Source: a virus (taxonomy: Duplodnaviria > Caudoviricetes). Taken from it: a stretch of DNA of 64,000 bases. Shown here one piece after another: positions 38,665 through 48,546 of the stretch; the first letter of the stretch is position 1, and each line of letters begins with the position of its first letter. The position numbers and the translations under genes were made by a program. Location: IMG/VR virus record IMGVR_UViG_3300048881_000780, one strand, 5' to 3'. The notes under the pieces were generated by a model that ran no database searches, was not told where the DNA came from, and saw only the letters and a program-made list of their open reading frames with translations.

Positions 38665-39802
38665 TTACGAGAAAATGGTTCAATTAGTCCAGATTAACGG
38701 ATTAATGATCTTACTTACTATCTTCTTAGACTATTACAAACTCCAGGTTGTTAATAATTTATTTCACCATGTATTAATTAAACTGGCATTTATATCACTC
38801 CCTTTTATAGCTCTGCAATTTTATAGATTTGAAAAGATTAAAGACTGGGTTCCTCTTCTTTTATATATTTGTGTATTCAGTTATTCGTCTTTCTTTGTTT
38901 TAAATTATCACTTCTCTTATTATATGGCATTTCTTCACTATCTAATTGTTACGCCAATTTTTATCAATATAAAGAAGAAGCCGTTTTTATATGCAAATGT
39001 GATAGCTTTGATTATCGTCGTGGTTACAAGTATTAATATTCCAAATGTAGATATAACTGGTCGAGAGATATCAGCAGAAATTATAAATAGCTATGCTCTC
39101 TTATTCTTTGTTGTCGTTATTTGGTACATGGGTGTACTAACTCAGAGACAAAAAGAAGAAGATAATAATAAAGTGTTTTCCGAGCTAGGAAAGGTGTCAT
39201 CATTTCTTTTACATGAGTTAAGTAGCCCTGTTTCGAGATTGGCCAATAAAGCATCAAATAGTGAAGAACACTCCCGTGAGATCGATCAAATTAAAAACCT
39301 TCTTCAACTAACTAAAGCAATTTCACAAAAACGATCGGAAATTAAAAAAGATGAATTTAAACTATCCACTCTTTCTAACTACTATATCGATGAATACTCT
39401 AGGACAATTGATAGACTTGATATAGAGGTGGATGTCGAAGAGAGGAATCGAGTAGTTAATTCTAACGCTACTTTTGTTGATATCATTGTTAAAAATATTA
39501 TTAAAAATGCAATTGAACATTTAAAGACATTAGAAAGTAATAATAAAAAAATTGTTATTAGAGAAATTAGTGACGAAAAGAAAGAAGTCTTACGTATTTC
39601 CAATACAGCTGAGAAAAAATCTAAGAAAGAAATAAATGAAATGTTCAGTCCACTCTATTCAACCAAGAAAACAAAGTATGGGTCTAATCAAGGAATAGGC
39701 CTTTTTATATCTAAGAGAATGGCCGAGGGATTGGGGATTAATATCAATTGTTTTTGTAAAGATGATCTCATTCATTTTGATGTAGAATTTCCACTAAGCT
39801 AG
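38636..39802 (+). CDS. membrane sensor histidine kinase
   Basis: multiple TM; HELSSP H-box, KNAIEH N-box, FSPLYSTK, GIGLFIS. Confidence 0.85.
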   Translation: MNLFKTGKTDYEKMVQLVQINGLMILLTIFLDYYKLQVVNNLFHHVLIKLAFISLPFIALQFYRFEKIKDWVPLLLYICVFSYSSFFVLNYHFSYYMAFLHYLIVTPIFINIKKKPFLYANVIALIIVVVTSINIPNVDITGREISAEIINSYALLFFVVVIWYMGVLTQRQKEEDNNKVFSELGKVSSFLLHELSSPVSRLANKASNSEEHSREIDQIKNLLQLTKAISQKRSEIKKDEFKLSTLSNYYIDEYSRTIDRLDIEVDVEERNRVVNSNATFVDIIVKNIIKNAIEHLKTLESNNKKIVIREISDEKKEVLRISNTAEKKSKKEINEMFSPLYSTKKTKYGSNQGIGLFISKRMAEGLGININCFCKDDLIHFDVEFPLS

Positions 39803-39845
39803 ACTCCATAAAACTTATAATATGAGTACTAATGGTGGTATTTAT

Positions 39846-40313
39846 ATGAAATATTTTGCGGGAATAGGCAGTAGAAAAACTCCTAATCATATTCTAGAGA
39901 TTATGGAGCAGATATCTGAAAAATTTACAAGTAAAGAATATACCCTTCGCTCTGGAGGGGCCTTGGGTGCGGATCAAGCATTTGAAAGAGGATCGTCTCT
40001 TAAGGAAATATTTTTAGCTAAAGACGCTACTCAAGAGTCAATTGATCTAGCTCTAGAGTATCATCCAAACCCTGGGGCCCTTAGAAATATGGGGAAATAT
40101 GCTGTTGGCCTGGCCGGTAGAAATATGCAAATAGTTTTAGGTCTAAACCTTGATAAACCTGTGGAGTTTATAATTTGTTACACAAAAGATGGTGAATTAA
40201 CAGGAGGAACTGCTCATGCTATCAGACTGTGTCTTGATAGGGGTATTCCAGTTTTTAATCTTGGAATACCTGGAGAGCTTGAAAAGTTAAGACTACTCTA
40301 TTTAAACTTATAG
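39846..40313 (+). CDS. phage-type SLOG/DprA-like nucleotide-binding protein
   Basis: YFAGIGSRKTP, LRSGGALGAD, RN..VLG, GGTAHA, IPVFNL. Confidence 0.75.
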   Translation: MKYFAGIGSRKTPNHILEIMEQISEKFTSKEYTLRSGGALGADQAFERGSSLKEIFLAKDATQESIDLALEYHPNPGALRNMGKYAVGLAGRNMQIVLGLNLDKPVEFIICYTKDGELTGGTAHAIRLCLDRGIPVFNLGIPGELEKLRLLYLNL

Positions 40314-40532
40314 AATTTCTAATGATTGCAACCAAAGATTATTCTTCTTTTTTAATTTTGGATACCTAGTTTGAAAAGTCTTTTTATTTCTTTTAATCAA
40401 TTCTCTTTTTATTAGCAGAATAGACTCCTCTGTTTTTTCTTTAAACTCCAGAGAGTCTCCATTTTTTGCTTTAATTAAAAAATCTAAGAGTATCTTTAAT
40501 TCATATGTTGTCATCTTTAATAATTCTTTCAT
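40308..40532 (-). CDS. small protein ending in NLWLQSLEIL tag
   Basis: 74 aa; C-terminal motif shared with BspA paralogs. Confidence 0.5.
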   Translation of the reverse strand: MKELLKMTTYELKILLDFLIKAKNGDSLEFKEKTEESILLIKRELIKRNKKTFQTRYPKLKKKNNLWLQSLEIL

Positions 40533-40582
40533 TAGCTACATTTTAATTGATTTTACGATAAGTTATAGTAGGAGTAATAAAA

Positions 40583-41119
40583 ATGAACTTATCAAAGAGG
40601 ATTTTTAAAATACTGAACGAAATTAGAGACTTTTCAAAAAATGAACGTATGGATAATTTTGTCGAAATCGAAGGATTGAATCCATTAGATATTATTGGTA
40701 ATTATTTTGAAAATTTAATGGATGAGTTTGAGTATCTTAGTTTGGATGCTTATAATCAGACCTCTTTTGATAAATTTTTAAATGAGCTATCTAAACATGA
40801 CGATGTGGAGAGTTTGATATTTTTAAAAGAAGAAGAAATAATTAGAAGAATACTTATCCCTCAAATAGACTCTAATGAAATACATGTAGATTCACACCAA
40901 GCTGTTCTCGATTTGTATGAAAACTCTATACGATTAAATTTGGCATTTAATGAACTTCTAACCAGTGGGGTCCATAGTGATTCTCTAGAGGAGCAATTAC
41001 TCTCAAAGATAGTTGGGCTTATATCTGACGGTTACGATTTTCTTGATGCTATAAATGAAGTAGAGGGACAAACTGGAATATCATCTCATATTTTAAAAGA
41101 AATCTATGATAATAATTAA
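40583..41119 (+). CDS. hypothetical acidic protein
   Basis: AGGAG RBS and CGATAAG element. Confidence 0.6.
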   Translation: MNLSKRIFKILNEIRDFSKNERMDNFVEIEGLNPLDIIGNYFENLMDEFEYLSLDAYNQTSFDKFLNELSKHDDVESLIFLKEEEIIRRILIPQIDSNEIHVDSHQAVLDLYENSIRLNLAFNELLTSGVHSDSLEEQLLSKIVGLISDGYDFLDAINEVEGQTGISSHILKEIYDNN

Positions 41120-41121
41120 AT

Positions 41122-41286
41122 TTATATCGATAGAGTTGAGGTAAGCAATAAAATAGAAGATCCTATAAAGAACATCACCTTATGCGCCATCATTAAATCA
41201 GGCAGACCGCTATCCATCATTTTAAATATAAATAATGAAAATGATAAAAAAGTAGAAAACAATAGTAACCTAATTAGATTATTCAT
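41122..41286 (-). CDS. 54-aa two-TM small protein not in ORF track
   Basis: MNNLIRLLLFSTFLSFSLFIF..VMFFIGSSILLLTSTLSI fills the gap. Confidence 0.4.
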   Translation of the reverse strand: MNNLIRLLLFSTFLSFSLFIFKMMDSGLPDLMMAHKVMFFIGSSILLLTSTLSI

Positions 41287-41329
41287 ATTTCTATTTTAAC
41301 AGAGAAGTCAGTGCTGGAGAGGTATTCTA

Positions 41330-41608
41330 TCAATTATAGAAATCGCTTTTAGTAAAGCTGGTGCCAAAGGCCTCATTTATAATATCTAACATTTCATTAG
41401 ATGACCTTGGATATACTTTCCAATTGGCCGTTTCAATAAGATTTTTGACATCTATATCTAATATCTCTGTTTCACCTGTAGATATGTCTGATCTAAATCT
41501 AATACCTTCAAATAATTCCCAGTATGGACGATCATTGATAATAGTAATAATTTGACCTTCATCTTCCAGAATTAAGAATTCACGATCTTTGTATTTAAAA
41601 TAATTCAT
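41330..41608 (-). CDS. hypothetical protein
   Basis: GAGGTG RBS, CGATAAG element. Confidence 0.55.
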   Translation of the reverse strand: MNYFKYKDREFLILEDEGQIITIINDRPYWELFEGIRFRSDISTGETEILDIDVKNLIETANWKVYPRSSNEMLDIINEAFGTSFTKSDFYN

Positions 41609-41635
41609 TATCACCTCTGTATAGATAACTTATCG

Positions 41636-42211
41636 TTAACTTGAGGCAAATGGTGTTAGAGACAGCTCTGATTGAGGCTGGAGAATGAGAACTTCCCTAT
41701 CTTCTTGTATTTGCTTGGCCCAAGTGGCATCAATATACTTAAAGAAGTTCATTTTACTTAAAATTAAAACCGAGTGAATAATATCATCAAAGTGAAATTC
41801 TTCTTTATTTCTGTCTAAAGTAATTAGATACCCATTAGGATTTTGCATCTGCATGGTTAAAGGTAGCGAAATTTCACTATTAGGATTTGCGTATTTTTTT
41901 GCGATATCTAAATCTTCACTGAATGATATTAAATTATAGTTTTTAAAAGGTGCCAAAGTCTTCTTTTCTTCAGCAAAGATAACTCCTCTATGAATTAGCT
42001 TTGGCATATTTAAGTCCATTTTTATTTGATCAAGTTCTGCCATTAGATTAAATTGATGCTTATTAAAGAACTCCTGTATGTAAGGGTCAAACCCCAGTAA
42101 GACATAGTGAATGAAAAATAGAAGCTCTTCTGAGTGTCGAGAACCCTCTTTAGCTAGGTACCTAGATACAAACTCCTGTGATTTAAATTTAATTATTTCA
42201 TGTAGCACCAT
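41636..42211 (-). CDS. putative R-S-E class ADP-ribosyltransferase
   Basis: LIHRGV, ISFSEDLDIAKKYA, EDREVLI in the expected order. Confidence 0.55.
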   Translation of the reverse strand: MVLHEIIKFKSQEFVSRYLAKEGSRHSEELLFFIHYVLLGFDPYIQEFFNKHQFNLMAELDQIKMDLNMPKLIHRGVIFAEEKKTLAPFKNYNLISFSEDLDIAKKYANPNSEISLPLTMQMQNPNGYLITLDRNKEEFHFDDIIHSVLILSKMNFFKYIDATWAKQIQEDREVLILQPQSELSLTPFASS

Positions 42212-42357
42212 GGTAACCTCTAGTATCTCTTATAGTACAAAATAAATTATATAGACAAGTTTAATTGTAACCTTTTTATATTGTCAGTATTTTGTCTATC
42301 TAGAGAATAACACCTTATGTCAAATTTTCAAGAAATATTAACATTTCATGTTACAAA

Positions 42358-42918
42358 TCAGGAAGTTTTTCGAAACTTAGATAATGATTTTCGGCTTTCC
42401 CATATTTTTAAATATTCATAACTTTCAGATTCTTCGTTATATCTAATCCATGACTTATTTAAAAAGGTAACGATAATATTGTGAAGATGAGAATATATCA
42501 GATAGTAATTAGTACTTTCTACAGTTACCATTTGAACAGAGCGACTTTTAGATAGTTTTACCAGGTATTTAGATTTCTTTGTTTTAATAGAGTCAACAAT
42601 CTTTCTATTTAAAGAGGGGGTTAGCAGTACTCCATGCCTCTCCATTAATCTCTCTTTGGCGTGCTTGGTTATTTTATAATCAAAAATAGAGTTCTCTAGA
42701 TTCGGTAAGAATTTGATAACCATTTTTGACTTTTTAGAATATACCAATTTAAATGTGTCGTTTTGAATTACTACTTCATAGATACATCTAGTTTTACTTG
42801 CTCTTTGTATCATCTTGGCCTTATTTTCTTGAATGGTTTTAATCATCTCTTGGTGAAGATCAGTAGTTAACTGATCATCGTAAAATTCTAGAAATGTATT
42901 TATGGCCAAAGTTTTCAT
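42358..42918 (-). CDS. hypothetical protein with two RelE/DUF4258-like repeats
   Basis: ITKHAKERLMERH..YLIYS..IVTF, with an upstream degenerate copy FKLVYSK..VIKF. Confidence 0.45.
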   Translation of the reverse strand: MKTLAINTFLEFYDDQLTTDLHQEMIKTIQENKAKMIQRASKTRCIYEVVIQNDTFKLVYSKKSKMVIKFLPNLENSIFDYKITKHAKERLMERHGVLLTPSLNRKIVDSIKTKKSKYLVKLSKSRSVQMVTVESTNYYLIYSHLHNIIVTFLNKSWIRYNEESESYEYLKIWESRKSLSKFRKTS

Positions 42919-43140
42919 TTAATCGATAAGGTCTTCTAGATCTCCAATATTGCTCTCAATAATATCAAAGAACTCCTCTATAGTACTCTCACTTAAATTG
43001 CTGAGATTTTTATTGTTAGCAATATTCTTTATGTAGAACTCTCTTAAAGAGAATATACATATTGCCATGTCTGTATTTTTTAGGACTCGATTAACTTCTT
43101 TTTTATCTTTCTTGTCATCAAGCTCTATAGTTATTTTCAT
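42919..43140 (-). CDS. small hypothetical protein
   Basis: tightly packed in a minus-strand operon. Confidence 0.55.
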   Translation of the reverse strand: MKITIELDDKKDKKEVNRVLKNTDMAICIFSLREFYIKNIANNKNLSNLSESTIEEFFDIIESNIGDLEDLID

Positions 43141-43141
43141 C

Positions 43142-43768
43142 TTAAGTACCTTTATTTAAGTTGAAGTGCGAGAGTAGCTTATTATAAATTCTCGCGGTAT
43201 TATAAGCGTCACATAGAGCATTGTGGGATGACAGGAGTCTTTCTTCATATCTTAAATGTAAGAACTGAAAATTATCCTTCTTGATGACCCCCATCTTTGC
43301 CATTGACTTTGAAAGACCTGATCTAGGTTTCATGTCATTAACAATAGCAAAATTTTGATACAACTTTTTAACATCAATTGGAAAAGAGAATCCATAATCT
43401 CTAACTTTAACGCCTTTAAAGAGTGCTTTAGTGTCACCACTACCCCACTCAATAATTGCATCTTCTGTTTGATATTTTTCTTTAAGCTCTCTCATTTTCT
43501 CTCGAGCATCGTTAATCGTGAAGGGGCTATTATTGCAATCCTCATCTTTAATATTTGTTAATTTCTTTATAAAATGTGAAATTTTATATTTGTAATTAAT
43601 ATTCATTTCAACATTTTCTAAGATATTTATGTCTCCATTAAAATTTAATTCAAAGACCGTTAAACCAACTTGAATAATTGTGGCCTCCTTTACCTTTGAG
43701 TCTCTAGTTTGAGGTTTTGTGTTTGGTTGCTCTAGTTCTAAATCAAGAGATATAAATCTTTTATTCAT
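43142..43768 (-). CDS. DEDDh 3'-5' exonuclease
   Basis: SLDLE, WGSGD, IDVK, HNALCDA. Confidence 0.8.
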   Translation of the reverse strand: MNKRFISLDLELEQPNTKPQTRDSKVKEATIIQVGLTVFELNFNGDINILENVEMNINYKYKISHFIKKLTNIKDEDCNNSPFTINDAREKMRELKEKYQTEDAIIEWGSGDTKALFKGVKVRDYGFSFPIDVKKLYQNFAIVNDMKPRSGLSKSMAKMGVIKKDNFQFLHLRYEERLLSSHNALCDAYNTARIYNKLLSHFNLNKGT

Positions 43769-44297
43769 TAATTAATTCCTTTTTTTGAATTCCTGCTTCT
43801 ACACCACTAGCAAAGGGAAGTGTTTCGCGGTAAATGCTCAATACGTACTCTCTAAAATCTTTTTTGTAATTCTTTGCATATTTATGAAAAGCAGAACTAA
43901 TTAATTTATATTTCATTGTATGCTTTACTCGATCGTAGTAGATACTCTTAAAAGGTGATATCGGTTTATTGGCCGTTATAATATATGAAATGGCAAAGTG
44001 CTCAATAAGACTATGAATCTCAATCTTAAGCTCCTCACAGCCTTCTATTTCATCAATATCTTTAAAGAGAAGTTCTCGACACTTCTTTTTAATTCTAATA
44101 ATTCTTTGAATATTACCCCAAGTTGTATTAAACCTATCCGTTAGATCAATAAAGTTTTCTTCTTCCCTAGTTTTAATTTCAAAATACTTAGTCCAAAAAT
44201 ATGAAGCAAAACCAACGAGAGCTAATATGATACTTAAGATAAAACTTAAAAACTCTGCGTTTGATTTTATATAATCTAGTGTAATAAAACTCACCAT
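43761..44297 (-). CDS. membrane-anchored hypothetical protein
   Basis: N-terminal TM; GGAGG RBS. Confidence 0.55.
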   Translation of the reverse strand: MVSFITLDYIKSNAEFLSFILSIILALVGFASYFWTKYFEIKTREEENFIDLTDRFNTTWGNIQRIIRIKKKCRELLFKDIDEIEGCEELKIEIHSLIEHFAISYIITANKPISPFKSIYYDRVKHTMKYKLISSAFHKYAKNYKKDFREYVLSIYRETLPFASGVEAGIQKKELINE

Positions 44298-44635
44298 TAT
44301 TTTACCTCCACTAATTTGCCTTTAAATATCTTTGAGTAGCTCAAAGCGTTTCCAATGGGCATTGACATACTCTCCATTCCACAAGGATACAGTACTCTGG
44401 CCTGTGGTAAGCGCATGGCCCTAGAGCTTCTTAGAAGTCCTTCGTGATAATAGAAATTTGGGCTCTTGTGAGCAATATAAAGACGAATCTTAAATTTATT
44501 CTCCGAAAATGGAATGATAAGAAATTCAATTAGATGAAATCTTAAAAAGAATATGATCACTAAAGTTATAAATGAAAGAATAAGCATAGAAGCTCCTTTA
44601 AATACCTCCTCTCTTGTAGAGAGGGTCTTGACCAT
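44297..44635 (-). CDS. hypothetical membrane protein
   Basis: one TM; stop overlaps next start. Confidence 0.5.
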   Translation of the reverse strand: MVKTLSTREEVFKGASMLILSFITLVIIFFLRFHLIEFLIIPFSENKFKIRLYIAHKSPNFYYHEGLLRSSRAMRLPQARVLYPCGMESMSMPIGNALSYSKIFKGKLVEVK

Positions 44636-44877
44636 TAATTTCCCATGGCCATTTATATTTATAATCTTTCTAAATCCATTGAAAGTTTGCTAATGATCGA
44701 AGTGTGGTCAATCACTAACAGAACTTAGAATACAACAATTAACACATTGTGTCAAATAACGACTTAACAAGTTTTTATCACATTACTTAAGTGCAAGTAA
44801 TTAAAAGCTTTTTTAAATTAAGGTTTTATTTATAATTTAAATATTGACGACCTGCGTTAAGACCGATATTATAAACT

Positions 44878-44965
44878 TGTAGGAACGACCAATTCTAGGT
44901 CAAATCTCCTACTCCTTATGTGTGTGTATGTGTGTGTAAGAAGAGACTCGAAAGAGTCTCTTTTT
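44878..44965 (+). ncRNA. candidate sRNA, copy B
   Basis: TTGACG-N17-TATTAT promoter at 44844-44872; same architecture as 18392-18482 with compensatory changes. Confidence 0.75.
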
Positions 44966-45022
44966 ATTTTAAGATTTACATTTATAACGCATCATGTTAA
45001 AATAAATTAAAGCGAGGTAGAT

Positions 45023-45157
45023 ATGTCAAATAGAACTATACAAGAAGATTGTTCTCACTCTTTTAACTGTGATGGTTTTTGCGAGTACTGTGGAATATCA
45101 GAGCACGATTACGAATCATCATGCTGTAGCGGCGAGGAGATTGGTCGTTATGAATAA
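45023..45157 (+). CDS. 44-aa Cys-rich zinc-finger-like peptide not in ORF track
   Basis: GAGGT RBS; MSNRTIQEDCSHSFNCDGFCEYCGISEHDYESSCCSGEEIGRYE. Confidence 0.55.
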   Translation: MSNRTIQEDCSHSFNCDGFCEYCGISEHDYESSCCSGEEIGRYE

Positions 45158-46424
45158 GACTTCTCCCTTTATTAGTACATGGAAAATTATAGATAAGAGA
45201 ATTACTTTTCCTTTTAAGAGAAGTGCTAATATTAATTGCACTATCGACTGGGGAGATGGAACGCAATCTCATGTTACTAACTACTTTGATAAGAATAATA
45301 CTCACATCTATAAAGAAAATGGTGAGTATGAAATTAGTATTGTCGGAGATATATTCGAGCTTGATATAAAGCTTGAGGAAAGTGCGAGAATAGTTAAAGT
45401 TTCATCTATGGGTAGATGCTCTTGGAGAGTTTTTAAAGCAATGTTTTGTGAATGTCTGTATCTAAGAGAGTTTAACTCTGGAGACTGTGACTCTTCCTAT
45501 ATAAGCGATATGTATTCTATGTTTAACGGTTGTAAGAGCTTAAAAAAGGTAGTTATTGATTCTTTTGATACTTCAAATGTTTTTGATATGGAATTTATGT
45601 TTGCTAATTGTGAAAACCTAAATTCCTTGCAATTAAAAAACTTTACAAATGAAAGTGTTGTTACAATGCGAGGAATTTTTGAAGGACTCTCAAAGTTAAA
45701 AAGATTAAACTTATCAGACTTTAAGACTCCTAGGGTGCAGATTTTTTCTAGTATGTTTTCGAGTTGTACCAGCTTAAAGAAACTAAACTTAAAATCCTTT
45801 AATACGAGTAATGCTAAATCAATGATTAGTATGTTTAATGCTACTGTATCTCTAGAAAGTCTCGATATCTCTACTTTTCAAACTGGAAACGTTATAGATA
45901 TGCGCTCCATGTTTAATCGCTGCTATGTAAGTGAGCTTAAACTAGATCACTTTGACACGTCATATGTATCATCGATGGAAAATATGTTCAGAGGAATGAT
46001 CAATCTCAAAGAGATAGATATTTCAAATTTTAATATTAAAAATGCTCTATCTCTTCATGGATTATTTAATTCTTGCTCTAGTCTTAAAAAAATAAATTTT
46101 GGAGAAATTAATACCTCAAGAGTTAGAGATTTAAGCTATATGTTTAATAATTGTAGCTCTCTTGAATCCTTGGACTTATCTACCTTTGAGACCTCAAGAG
46201 TTCAATCGATGGATAATATGTTTTACTCTATTCCAGAAAAGTTAAAGGTTGATATAACTCACTTTGATTTTGATAAATTAGAGCAAAATCCGTTCAGGTT
46301 CACTAAAAGTAAGCTTATAATAGATAGTAGGTATAAAAAACACTTTAAAGAGTCTGAAGCTAAAGGTGTAGAATTTGGGGTCAATAAGAGAAGGCATCCC
46401 TGGTTCAAATCATTGTACGCTTAA
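45150..46424 (+). CDS. BspA/DUF285 LRR protein 1
   Basis: GAGGAG RBS, start MNKTSPFISTW; IDWGDG PKD-like domain; FxTSxVxxMxxMF repeats; ends HPWFKSLYA. Confidence 0.9.
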   Translation: MNKTSPFISTWKIIDKRITFPFKRSANINCTIDWGDGTQSHVTNYFDKNNTHIYKENGEYEISIVGDIFELDIKLEESARIVKVSSMGRCSWRVFKAMFCECLYLREFNSGDCDSSYISDMYSMFNGCKSLKKVVIDSFDTSNVFDMEFMFANCENLNSLQLKNFTNESVVTMRGIFEGLSKLKRLNLSDFKTPRVQIFSSMFSSCTSLKKLNLKSFNTSNAKSMISMFNATVSLESLDISTFQTGNVIDMRSMFNRCYVSELKLDHFDTSYVSSMENMFRGMINLKEIDISNFNIKNALSLHGLFNSCSSLKKINFGEINTSRVRDLSYMFNNCSSLESLDLSTFETSRVQSMDNMFYSIPEKLKVDITHFDFDKLEQNPFRFTKSKLIIDSRYKKHFKESEAKGVEFGVNKRRHPWFKSLYA

Positions 46425-46448
46425 GTCTTTTTCACACACGGAGATAGT

Positions 46449-47174
46449 ATGACGGCCTTTGTTAGTAGATGGAATCTTGAGAGAGGATATTTTAAGGCGC
46501 CAGTTATTCGAGATAAGTACACTGAAGTAACTATTGACTGGGGAGATGGCCACAAATCTAATATCTCAGGAGTTGGCAAAGATCAGTATTATCATGAATA
46601 TAAGACTTGCGGTAAATATACTATCAGTATTACTGGAAAAACGAGAGCGATTTCAATTTACCCACGAGATAAACAACTTCTTTTAAGTGTATTATCAATC
46701 GGAGACTTGGGATTAAATACACTACATGGAGCCTTTAAAGATTGTGTAAATATGACTTCATTTACTGGTGAAATTGAAAACTGCATCAGTGATTTATCTT
46801 GGATGTTTGGGTATTGCTTGAAATTATGGTCTGTTGATATAAAAAGTAAGCATGGTAATGCTATAAGAAGCTTTGGAGATATGTTCTATAGTTGTCAATC
46901 TCTAACAAAGGTTAATCTTAGTAAGCTAAATATAGATAATGATAATACTTACTTTTCGAATGTCTTTGGAGGTTGTCTTAAAATTAAGCAAATTACAGCC
47001 CCCTACACTACCGAAGAGAAGAGCGTTTACTTTGGAGACAGTCTTGAGTTGTGTAGAAATAACGTAAAAATTAATGGTGGTGGACTTATAGAGAAATATC
47101 TAAAAGATGAACTTTCAAGAGTCAGTGTAATTCACAATAAGTATGATGGTAATTGTGGGGTTGGACATGGGTAA
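46449..47174 (+). CDS. BspA/DUF285 LRR protein 2 (short, no C-terminal tag)
   Basis: FVSRW, IDWGDG, few degenerate repeats. Confidence 0.8.
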   Translation: MTAFVSRWNLERGYFKAPVIRDKYTEVTIDWGDGHKSNISGVGKDQYYHEYKTCGKYTISITGKTRAISIYPRDKQLLLSVLSIGDLGLNTLHGAFKDCVNMTSFTGEIENCISDLSWMFGYCLKLWSVDIKSKHGNAIRSFGDMFYSCQSLTKVNLSKLNIDNDNTYFSNVFGGCLKIKQITAPYTTEEKSVYFGDSLELCRNNVKINGGGLIEKYLKDELSRVSVIHNKYDGNCGVGHG

Positions 47175-48546
47175 GAAAAAAAATAAGGAAAGTTGCCCTC
47201 TTACTAGATTTAGAAAAGTTTATGGAAATTACAATAGTGAAAGTATTTTAAAGGCCTGTGAAAAAGGTGACTTTAAAATGTTATTAGATATAGTCACAAG
47301 TGAAGAACTTGAAGGTATGCCAAAAGGATATGTACTAATGTCCATTCCTAAATTTGACAAAGAGCGTATCTACTATGATTTTATAAATAACTTTCAAGAT
47401 AGCGACTCCCCCTATTTAAGAGAAGCGTGCGTAAAAGCTCTCTATGAATATTTAGATACTGAAAACTCTAAAGAAGTTGATTCTTTTAAACTTAAAATCA
47501 CTAATATTAGATATAACTCTAAAGACTTCCCTGGTGTCGTCAAGAGAATTGATTCTATATTTAAGTGGCTTGGGTCAAGTGAAGATCAAGATAAACTAGA
47601 ACTTGCTAAAGATACCATTAGGTATTTACTTAAATATATTGTCGAAAAAGATGAAGAACATCACGATTATTCAAAGAGTAGCGTTGATAATCATCAACTC
47701 TATAGTGAAGTTGAAAAGGAAAGAATTTCAACATTTTTAATGAATAATAGAAAATTTAATACGACAACCAGAGATTTATTTAGAAGCTTGTATCAGGATC
47801 ACTATGTTGATCTTAATTTTGTAACACTTGAGAAGATATTTGGAAATCTGGATAGCTTTAGAAGTAACTTAAAGAAAAAGAGTTTACTTGTCCGAGGATG
47901 TGACTATAGTGACAAAGAGGATAGTTTAAGAATTCAAACAACATTTGATAATCTAGAGAGAAAGCTTAGAGAACATCACGGTATAAAATTCTCTTTTAAA
48001 TCTATCTGCATGGAAGAAGTCGATACAGTTGATCTCATAATGAAGCTCACTAGAAATAGAATGAGAGGACTTTTAGACTTAGAGTACTTTTTTTTAGAAG
48101 AGCTTGAAATCTGCAAATCTCTAATGATTGATGGCCTTGAAATATTAGAGAGTGCCAATAGAGGTTATCACGGCAATGGGGAGAATATCCCTTATGGAGT
48201 ATTTTTAGCTAAGTCTTTTCCAAAGCACTGGAAACTTCCAACTGAGATGACAATGAATTTAACAACTCGGGACACAGTTAGCTCTATTTATCACAAAAGT
48301 GATAATCCAATAGTTGACTCCTTGAAGGATAAATTCAAAGAAGATGACGTAAATGCCATAAAGGAGTTCTTAAGAACCCAGATTGATGACTTTGATAAGA
48401 AGTTAGCAAATAGTCACCCGGCGCTTGAGAGTAATTATCAACTGCTGGCCCATAGACTTAGAGATTTTTGTAATTACTACGATATTGAATATACCAGGGC
48501 CATAGAATCATTTTTTAAAGGCCCTGAGAGTTTTAGGGAGTACTAA
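47167..48546 (+). CDS. hypothetical protein, possible N-terminal HEAT-like repeat
   Basis: FQDSDSPYLREACVKAL; long helical ORF. Confidence 0.55.
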   Translation: MGKKKNKESCPLTRFRKVYGNYNSESILKACEKGDFKMLLDIVTSEELEGMPKGYVLMSIPKFDKERIYYDFINNFQDSDSPYLREACVKALYEYLDTENSKEVDSFKLKITNIRYNSKDFPGVVKRIDSIFKWLGSSEDQDKLELAKDTIRYLLKYIVEKDEEHHDYSKSSVDNHQLYSEVEKERISTFLMNNRKFNTTTRDLFRSLYQDHYVDLNFVTLEKIFGNLDSFRSNLKKKSLLVRGCDYSDKEDSLRIQTTFDNLERKLREHHGIKFSFKSICMEEVDTVDLIMKLTRNRMRGLLDLEYFFLEELEICKSLMIDGLEILESANRGYHGNGENIPYGVFLAKSFPKHWKLPTEMTMNLTTRDTVSSIYHKSDNPIVDSLKDKFKEDDVNAIKEFLRTQIDDFDKKLANSHPALESNYQLLAHRLRDFCNYYDIEYTRAIESFFKGPESFREY

